DNA of 32,746 nt, taken from an uncultured Thermoproteales archaeon (GTDB lineage: Archaea; Thermoproteota; Thermoprotei; Thermoproteales; B15-G16). The stretch is taken from contig CAZYGV010000002.1 of the NCBI GenBank assembly GCA_964647155.1, forward strand, positions 1 through 32,746, given 5' to 3'. The notes below the pieces were generated by a model that saw only the letters and a list, made by a program, of their open reading frames with translations, made no database searches and was not told the DNA's origin. The position numbers and the translations under genes are program-made. Positions 18,578 through 24,600 of this stretch are shown one piece after another (position 1 is the stretch's first letter; each line of letters starts with the position of its first letter).

Positions 18578-18865
18578 TTAAATCACCAGTTTAGCAAACC
18601 ATCTCTTATCTATCTCGTAAACTCGATTACACTCCTCAAGAGTGACTTCATCTGGATCCTTTGCAATGAACTCCTTAATTAGTCTCAACTCCTCTTCACT
18701 AATTGCAGGATTAGGTCTCACATACATACTGCACACAGCACTAACTCTCTTCCTCAAATAATCAACTTCACTCCTCTCAAGTAATCCCTTTAGCGACAGG
18801 TACTCCATAGTTATTGAGTGTGCTTCCAGCGAAGCTTCTGCAAGACCCTTAACCATTTTCCTCAA
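18578..18865 (-). CDS. Hypothetical small protein
   Basis: The ORF uses TTG at 18865 or ATG at 18856. The in-frame upstream sequence is open and protein-like (LAYWLGRKLTRIEYGVST) but has no start codon. No recognised motif. Confidence 0.4.
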   Translation of the reverse strand: MRKMVKGLAEASLEAHSITMEYLSLKGLLERSEVDYLRKRVSAVCSMYVRPNPAISEEELRLIKEFIAKDPDEVTLEECNRVYEIDKRWFAKLVI

Positions 18866-19071
18866 GGTACTTACCCCATACTCGATACGAGTAAGTTTTC
18901 TACCAAGCCAATAAGCTAAAGTAAAGTTGACGACACTACAGTTACTATGATACTGGTGATTGTAACTAGGTATTCAGAAATCACGACCAACTAGCACCAC
19001 CAACAGTGTAGTTCTCACTTCACTCTACTTCCCTAAGCTCAAAGTACTTATTCCTGTTCTCAAACATCTCT

Positions 19072-19560
19072 GTGGGTGTACCTATGTGTGAGGTACTCTC
19101 TAAGGTAGCTGAGGTACTGGGTGTCGATTTTACTGAGCTTAAGGTGTACCTCCTCGGTAAGGTTGCTGTGCTAGCTAAATCTCGTGAAGACGTTATGGAA
19201 GCTTTTAGAGCTGTTTCTGAACCACCCTACGTACCTTTTGATTATGTTCGTAGACTACAGATGAGAGGTTTTAGACCTATTACTCTCAATCGTGGTAATG
19301 TTGTTCAAATTCATGTACCTGATATACCTGATCTTGAGACAGCTCTAGCACTAGCTAATAGGATAATGTCTGAGTTCGCTAGTGAAGCACCGTTCTACCT
19401 ACAGAGAGTTGATGTTGTGATTTCGTTCAGAAGTAGTGAGGATGGTGGTGTTGCGCATAGGTACTCTGTTGATGTGGTTATTGACGCTAGGAGACCTGAC
19501 TTAGTTAGACGATGTTGTGAATTCATAGAGAAGTTGGGTAAGAGAGATGCATCTACCTAA
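19072..19560 (+). CDS. Hypothetical protein
   Basis: 162-codon ORF with normal amino-acid composition. Its 3' end overlaps the 3' end of pyruvate kinase by 8 nt (convergent). No recognised motif. Confidence 0.5.
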   Translation: MGVPMCEVLSKVAEVLGVDFTELKVYLLGKVAVLAKSREDVMEAFRAVSEPPYVPFDYVRRLQMRGFRPITLNRGNVVQIHVPDIPDLETALALANRIMSEFASEAPFYLQRVDVVISFRSSEDGGVAHRYSVDVVIDARRPDLVRRCCEFIEKLGKRDAST

Positions 19561-20938
19561 CTATCTCTACTCTTGCTAAGTCTGTTGCTCCTCCTCTCAT
19601 ACCACCTGTCAGTATGACGATATCACCGTACGTCAGGTCACCTCTCTCCTTTAGATGCTCAAGGAATCTATCAAGTGCTTTACCGACATCTCTCTCCTCA
19701 ATTACGAATGACCTTACACTCCACATAATGTTTAGTCTCCTAGCAATGACTTCACTTGGTGTCGCTACGTAGATTGCTGTCCTCGGTCTATACTTCACTA
19801 TCCTCCTAGCCGTTGTACCCCTTCTCGTGAAGATAAGTAGTTTGGCACCAATGAAGTCAGCTAAAGAGGCAACTCCTTTAGCGAATTTATCGTACAGATC
19901 ATCACTAGCATCAACTTGCTCAGGTTGATACCTCTGCTCTGCTTCCAATAAGACTCTCTTCAACCACGTAACGCAAGTCACTGGATATTTACCAATAGCA
20001 GTTTCATTGGTTAGTAAGATAGCATCAACACCTTCCTGCACTGACACCATGATATCAACGACCTCAGCTCTTGTGGGTACTGGTGACTCAACCATTGACT
20101 CGAGAATCTGTGTAGCTATTATCGATGGTTTACCCCTGTACCTACACTTTCTAACAATTTCATGTTGAACAATTGGTACCTTCTCAAGACCAAGAGTGAT
20201 ACCTAGATCACCACGAGCAATGATGACACCATCACTTTGCTGAACAATCTCATCCACTCTATCAACAGCACTCTTAGTTTCAATCTTAGCTAGTATACCA
20301 ACATCATCAGCACCGAGGTCATTTAGTAAGTCTCTCAGTATCTTAACGTCATCACCACGCTTAACGAATGATAGTGCAAAGTAATCAGCTATCCCATTAG
20401 CTACACAGAACTTAATGTCCTCAACATCCTTGCTAGTTAGTGGAGGTAACTCCAAGTCCTTACCCTTAATACCTATACCCTTACCAGGTCTAATAGCACC
20501 ACTGGTTAAGACCGTACACACAACCCTATTCCTACAGATCTTATCTACACGAAGCCAAACCCTACCATCGTCAATAAGGACGATGTCACCATCCTCAAGA
20601 ACTTCAAAGAACTGCCTAACGGGTACAGGTATCTCCTTTTCCTCGGCCTTACCAACATCAGAGTACACTAAATTGACTTGTTCACCTTCATGAACATAGA
20701 ACTCAGATACCTTACCTAACCTCACGCCAGGACCAGATAGGTCACACACAATGGTAACGTAGGTACCTAGCTCCCGCTCAATAGCTCTAACAGCTTTAGC
20801 CTCTTCAAGCTTCTCTTCATGAGTGCCATGAGCGAAATTTAACCTAAAACCACTAACACCCTCAAGAACCAACCGAAATAATACATCATATGACCTACTA
20901 GAAGGACCAATAGTAGCTATTATCTTGGTCCTTCTCAT
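19553..20938 (-). CDS. pyk: Pyruvate kinase
   Basis: The N-terminus MRRTKIIATIGPSS matches the family. Characteristic FRLNFAHG, IARGDLG and ATQILESM regions are present. Length is 461 aa. Confidence 0.95.
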   Translation of the reverse strand: MRRTKIIATIGPSSRSYDVLFRLVLEGVSGFRLNFAHGTHEEKLEEAKAVRAIERELGTYVTIVCDLSGPGVRLGKVSEFYVHEGEQVNLVYSDVGKAEEKEIPVPVRQFFEVLEDGDIVLIDDGRVWLRVDKICRNRVVCTVLTSGAIRPGKGIGIKGKDLELPPLTSKDVEDIKFCVANGIADYFALSFVKRGDDVKILRDLLNDLGADDVGILAKIETKSAVDRVDEIVQQSDGVIIARGDLGITLGLEKVPIVQHEIVRKCRYRGKPSIIATQILESMVESPVPTRAEVVDIMVSVQEGVDAILLTNETAIGKYPVTCVTWLKRVLLEAEQRYQPEQVDASDDLYDKFAKGVASLADFIGAKLLIFTRRGTTARRIVKYRPRTAIYVATPSEVIARRLNIMWSVRSFVIEERDVGKALDRFLEHLKERGDLTYGDIVILTGGMRGGATDLARVEIVR

Positions 20939-20994
20939 ATAATCACAGGAAAGGAAAGTAGAAAGGAGTTAGAAAAACCTTACGAAAATCGAAT

Positions 20995-21504
20995 TCACCT
21001 AACGATCAATCTCTTGACACCACAACACCTTGCAAGCACTAGCAGCCTAGGTAATGTACTAGGAACCTCTAACTCATCAACATTTGATATGCTAACAACA
21101 TACTTCTCAAATGTCTCTCTATCGACATCCTCCCTGAAGATCAACCTCTTGATGTTACTGAAGATAATCCTCCTACCGAGAGCCTCTAAATCAGCTTTAC
21201 TGACCTCTAACTCATCGATATTACCGATAGTTTCAGGAACAACCTCTCTAAAGCCTTCTGAGGTGGCTGATAAAGCATTTCTAGCTAACTTCCTCAAAGC
21301 ACCGACATTGTTAGCTAGTGATGAGAGGAGAGTAGATGCCGATTTCGCAAATAATAAGTACAATCTCATAGCTTCAGTCATAGCCTGACCAACAGTTTTC
21401 CCAAGTTCCTTAGCAGTAGCAACGAATTCACGGTAAGTAACTTCATCAACACCTCTAACAGTGAGCATCTTCTTCTCACTACGCTCACTCATACAAGTCA
21501 CCAT
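20995..21504 (-). CDS. Ribbon-helix-helix (CopG/Arc-like) N-terminal domain protein with an internally duplicated C-terminal module
   Basis: MLTVRGVDEVTYREFVATAKELGKTVGQAMTEAMRLY has a beta-alpha-alpha RHH-like pattern. The C-terminus carries two related modules (NIDELEV...IKRLIFR and NVDELEV...VKRLIVR). The likely true start is ATG at 21492 (MSERSEKK). Confidence 0.55.
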   Translation of the reverse strand: MVTCMSERSEKKMLTVRGVDEVTYREFVATAKELGKTVGQAMTEAMRLYLLFAKSASTLLSSLANNVGALRKLARNALSATSEGFREVVPETIGNIDELEVSKADLEALGRRIIFSNIKRLIFREDVDRETFEKYVVSISNVDELEVPSTLPRLLVLARCCGVKRLIVR

Positions 21505-21523
21505 TGTAATACATGTATTACAA
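21504..21523. promoter_or_regulatory. Perfect 20-bp palindrome TTGTAATACATGTATTACAA next to a TATA-like TTTTTATA (minus strand, 21525-21532)
   Basis: I verified base by base that the sequence equals its reverse complement. It sits between the TATA-like element and the RHH gene start, and just downstream of the MBL gene stop. Confidence 0.5.
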
Positions 21524-21540
21524 GTATAAAAAGTTTGCTA

Positions 21541-22350
21541 CTATAGGTGAATCTCCATACCATCAAGAGCAATCAAGATCTCACAACTAATCGAGAACTC
21601 CCTCACATAACTCCTAACAAGCTCCTCAATCTCTCTCATACCACCTGCAATATTGTGCGAAATGTGAGTCAACACAAGTCTCTTGACATTAAGCATACGT
21701 GAAAACTCAAGAGCCTCAACAACAGTATTATGAGCATCACTTACATAACCACTACCAAATGTAGAATCAACCAAAGCAACATCAATACTGTACTCTCTAA
21801 GCAACTTCAGAGATTCCTGGGGAAGACCCTTTGTATCGAGAAGATACGCAATAACCTTACCACAATCGACGATGAAGCCATACGTGGGTAAATCACCATG
21901 CCTTAACCTAACAGGAAGAATCCTAGTACCATCACTTAACCTATACACACTACCCTCCTCATAGTAATCAACAGAGAAAATCCTCAATCTAGGTACTAGG
22001 TAAGCCATCTCATCACAGTACATGAACTTACGATTGATAACCAAAGTAGGTTGCTTACTCTGCTTACTCCACCTAAGGTCATGTATACCAGTTATATGAT
22101 CCAAGTGAGGATGGGATATAAAGACGTAGTCAACCTCAACATCGAGAAGCTCCTTGTGAATAACTTCCTGAGAACCGCAATCAAGTAACATGACTAAGTT
22201 ACCCGTATCAACGAGGTATGTTGCCTGTCTCCTCCTATACAGTGGATTCCTCCTAGCCTCTACACATGCAGTACAACGACAGCCATGAACAGGAACACCC
22301 TCAGCAGCACCAGTACCGAGAAGCCACAGTAAGACCATGAACATCACCAC
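21541..22350 (-). CDS. Metallo-beta-lactamase-fold hydrolase (PhnP/PqqB-like N-terminal Cys cluster)
   Basis: The HxHxDH motif is SHPHLDHITG. The N-terminus reads LGTGAAEGVPVHGCRCTACVEAR. The real start is probably one of the internal ATGs (MVLLWLLGTG). Confidence 0.85.
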   Translation of the reverse strand: MVMFMVLLWLLGTGAAEGVPVHGCRCTACVEARRNPLYRRRQATYLVDTGNLVMLLDCGSQEVIHKELLDVEVDYVFISHPHLDHITGIHDLRWSKQSKQPTLVINRKFMYCDEMAYLVPRLRIFSVDYYEEGSVYRLSDGTRILPVRLRHGDLPTYGFIVDCGKVIAYLLDTKGLPQESLKLLREYSIDVALVDSTFGSGYVSDAHNTVVEALEFSRMLNVKRLVLTHISHNIAGGMREIEELVRSYVREFSISCEILIALDGMEIHL

Positions 22351-22403
22351 AACACACAGTTAGTCAGTTAGTAAAAAGAGTTCAGACGGCGGACTGATCG
22401 TCC

Positions 22404-22421
22404 CCGCACCGAGAGGTGCGG
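22404..22421. other. GC-rich stem-loop CCGCACC-GAGA-GGTGCGG, 37 nt downstream of the TnpB-like stop
   Basis: A perfect 7-bp stem with a 4-nt loop stands out in an AT-leaning intergenic region. It may be a terminator/insulator before the MBL promoter, or an IS-end or omega-RNA-like structured element. Confidence 0.5.
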
Positions 22422-22457
22422 ATAATTAGCTAAGTGAGCAATGCATCATCATCCCCT

Positions 22458-23318
22458 TCAGCGCTCCGATCGCTCATCACAAAGTATACGAGCAACATAG
22501 ATTCCATAATTAACAGCATCAACGACGTCTCTGTGAAGCATGATACCACACTTAGGACAGCTAAGGTATCTAGCTCTCTTCCTACGTAACCTAGTTGAGC
22601 AAAGAGGACAACGCTTAACAAGTCGCATAACAGTACGATTATCGAGGATAATTGTTCTACTGAAACCAGCAACACAGTACTTAAACATTGCAGTCGCTAT
22701 CTTAGCAACACTCCTCCACACATACCTAGTATACAGCTCCTCACCACCAGCATAAACGTACTTAATACTCTCACTAGCAATAACAATCTCAACAACATCC
22801 TTAGACCTATAGAAGTGATAGAGCATAGACAACGACCAGAAGAGATGGCCAAGAACATACCTCAGATGGTACTTATACCTCCTAAACCAAGTGGATAGAG
22901 CACACCTAATAACCCTATTCAACCTAGATGGAGAAACATCGTAGATACCCAAGTCATGTAGAAGAGAATGAGGAATCAACCAATTAAAACCACAGTAACG
23001 ATAATGAGGAACAACATCAGAACCACGAGAAACATAGTCCCTAAACCTAAGCAGCCACTCAACAACGAAATCCCTAGGATCAACATAGTTACTAACCTCG
23101 AGAGCACCAGCAACAACACCAAAACCACCAATACGACAAACCAAAACAGGAGAAACACCCCTACGACAAAGAAAATCACAAAACCTCAAAACAACATCAA
23201 ACCTACGACAAACAACAGCATAACCATACGACTTAAGACCAGGATCAAAACCAACAACAAGAACAACCATACAAGAAACCAAGGACAAAACACCACACAA
23301 AACAATGACCAAAAACAA
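22458..23318 (-). CDS. Compact TnpB-like (IS200/IS605 OrfB-type) RuvC nuclease with C-terminal zinc ribbon; likely start ATG at 23270
   Basis: RuvC-I-like MVVLVVGFDPGLKSYGYAVV sits at the very N-terminus. The RuvC-II region is VVEIVIASESIKYV. The zinc ribbon plus RuvC-III reads CPLCSTRLRRKRARYLSCPKCGIMLHRDVVDAVNYG. No tnpA (Y1 transposase) is nearby. Confidence 0.7.
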   Translation of the reverse strand: MFLVIVLCGVLSLVSCMVVLVVGFDPGLKSYGYAVVCRRFDVVLRFCDFLCRRGVSPVLVCRIGGFGVVAGALEVSNYVDPRDFVVEWLLRFRDYVSRGSDVVPHYRYCGFNWLIPHSLLHDLGIYDVSPSRLNRVIRCALSTWFRRYKYHLRYVLGHLFWSLSMLYHFYRSKDVVEIVIASESIKYVYAGGEELYTRYVWRSVAKIATAMFKYCVAGFSRTIILDNRTVMRLVKRCPLCSTRLRRKRARYLSCPKCGIMLHRDVVDAVNYGIYVARILCDERSER

Positions 23319-23400
23319 GGTACATCACAAAGACAGAACACCGAAAGAAATACAGAAAAACAAAACACAAACCAACGCAGGAATTAAGCAGTTGAAATGA
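22960..23400. other. Extreme strand-asymmetric tract (top strand A+C rich, bottom strand G+T rich)
   Basis: My hand count over 23101-23400 gives 21 T and 34 G in 300 nt, so 245 are A or C. The motif TACGACAAA recurs at 23132, 23162 and 23204. The tract covers the 5' third of the TnpB-like ORF and about 80 nt upstream of it. Confidence 0.85.
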
Positions 23401-23482
23401 AGTAAGAACCGTAGCAAAGTAATGGGAATTCATGAAGTAACGGATAAAAACGCAGTAGAGAGATATGGTAGACGACGTAACA

Positions 23483-23560
23483 GCCCCGGTCGTATAGCCT
23501 GGTCTAGTATGGCGGACTGTCACTCCGCCGACCCGGGTTCAAATCCCGGCCGGGGCGCCA
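23483..23560 (+). tRNA. tRNA-Asp (anticodon GTC) with genomically encoded CCA
   Basis: I folded it by hand. The acceptor stem is GCCCCGG/CCGGGGC and the D stem is GUAU/GUAU with wobbles. The anticodon stem GCGGA/TCCGC closes the loop CTGTCAC (GTC at 23519-23521). The T arm is CCGGG-TTCAAAT-CCCGG, with discriminator G and CCA. GC-rich stems contrast with the flanks. A TATA-like ATAAAAA lies at 23444-23450. Confidence 0.92.
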
Positions 23561-24165
23561 AACCTCACCTCAACCTTACTACATCGTACATGAACCAGAT
23601 TCTAGAACTTCTCTCCAACCAGTAAATTTGTGAGGGTAAATCTGTTTATGTTGTATTGGTTCTGAAATTCTCCTCTGTGATATGGTCACATGACGTACCC
23701 ACTATGCTCATTTTAAGTTCTAGGTCCTACCTTTCCTTAACACCTCAGATCCTGTAAGGAAATTATCCGAAGTAAGTATCTCATAGGTACCTCCCTCCAT
23801 ACCTTTCCTCAGAAGGAAATGAGGTACTAATGAGTCCTCAAGGCTTCTAGATCAATAGGAAAGCCTTTCAAAATGACCACACTACAACATAACTAACCTA
23901 GCTAATGTCTTAGCATAGTTCTCTCCTCCTCTAGAACCTCAAAGTCTTGATAGTTAATGAGTTAGGTGTAGTAGTGTTAGCATCCTGAATGATGTAGCTC
24001 TTACCAGAACCTACTCCCTCACATACCGTAAGTTATCTAGAAAATTCACCTCCTAACTCCGATACAGGATGCATACCTTCTATCCTCAATAGAAGACACG
24101 GGGTCACTTAGCCGATCCATATTATCTTGATCCATATCAGCAACAAGCCCTTCAAGTATTGAACA

Positions 24166-24444
24166 CTATCCTCTATCTACCTCAGGTAGTACCTTCTTGA
24201 TAAGATTCTCTATCTGCATATAGGCTTCCTTCTCGTCCTCACCCTCAATAACTACCTTTATCTCATCTCCTTGATTTATATCAAGTGCAAGCACTTGAAG
24301 TATATTCTTTGCATCTGCCTTTCTGTCACCCTTAAAGATCACTATTTTTGACTTAAATTTACGACAGGTCTTAACAAATAGCGCAGCAGGTCTAGCATGT
24401 AGACCTAACCTATTTAGGATCCTGAAACTAGCTTCCACAGTCAT
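24166..24444 (-). CDS. ptsH: PTS phosphocarrier protein HPr
   Basis: The active-site His15 region is RLGLHARPAALFV. The length is 92 aa. The Ser46-equivalent region reads ADAKNILQVLAL, so Asn replaces the regulatory Ser. Confidence 0.92.
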   Translation of the reverse strand: MTVEASFRILNRLGLHARPAALFVKTCRKFKSKIVIFKGDRKADAKNILQVLALDINQGDEIKVVIEGEDEKEAYMQIENLIKKVLPEVDRG

Positions 24445-24506
24445 GTTCTACTCCCTCTGACTAGTACTCGGGTACTTACGTGATTACCTATCTCTCTAAA
24501 TCTATT

Positions 24507-24531
24507 TCATCAATTTGACGTATATTGATGA
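24507..24531. promoter_or_regulatory. Inverted repeat TCATCAAT-N9-ATTGATGA in the divergent ptsH / IIC-IID intergenic region
   Basis: It has 8-bp perfect arms and a 9-nt spacer. It lies between the two divergent genes, about 40 nt upstream of the TATA-like box at 24571. Confidence 0.35.
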
Positions 24532-24570
24532 TACATTAGTTCAAAAATGACAGGACAACAACATTAAACC

Positions 24571-24578
24571 TATAAAAA
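24571..24578 (+). promoter_or_regulatory. Candidate TATA box (TATAAAAA) for the IIC-IID gene
   Basis: It starts 33 nt upstream of ATG 24604, which fits a near-leaderless archaeal transcript. Confidence 0.4.
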
Positions 24579-24600
24579 CGTCAATACTACTATTTTTTCC

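Larger units (their letters stand above)
22380..23320 (-). mobile_element. Possible tnpB-only (IS1341-like) IS200/IS605-family remnant; ends not defined
   Basis: Based on the TnpB-like ORF plus the downstream structured GC hairpin. I could find no terminal repeats or second copy inside the window. Confidence 0.3.

Noticed and set aside
22388-22396. 9-nt match (GGCGGACTG) to the anticodon arm of tRNA-Asp (23511-23519) as a possible att duplication bracketing the TnpB-like element
   Set aside because: Identity does not extend on either side when aligned by hand. A 9-mer match in 32 kb can arise by chance.
22381-22456. C/D-box-like arrangement on the minus strand (ATGATGA right after the TnpB-like stop ... 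CTGA 60 nt later)
   Set aside because: The internal boxes are missing, and the centre is occupied by a strong hairpin that is not typical of C/D sRNAs. It is better described as a structured 3' flank.
22430-22675. 81-aa ORF overlapping the 3' end of the TnpB-like gene in another frame
   Set aside because: It has no motif, and the overlapping frame carries the zinc ribbon and RuvC-III signature.
22968-23625. Overlapping ORFs 22968-23387 (+), 22976-23179 (-), 23186-23368 (-), 23245-23523 (-) and 23422-23625 (+)
   Set aside because: They are a by-product of composition. The top strand has almost no T and the bottom strand almost no A, so stop codons are rare in all frames. Two of them also run through the tRNA-Asp gene. 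Only the frame carrying the RuvC and zinc-ribbon motifs is credible.
23585-24050. A decayed gene (for example an integrase fragment) on the minus strand in the tRNA-proximal spacer
   Set aside because: The best continuous frame has 9 stops in about 155 codons, roughly the random expectation for this composition. I could align no recombinase motif with confidence.
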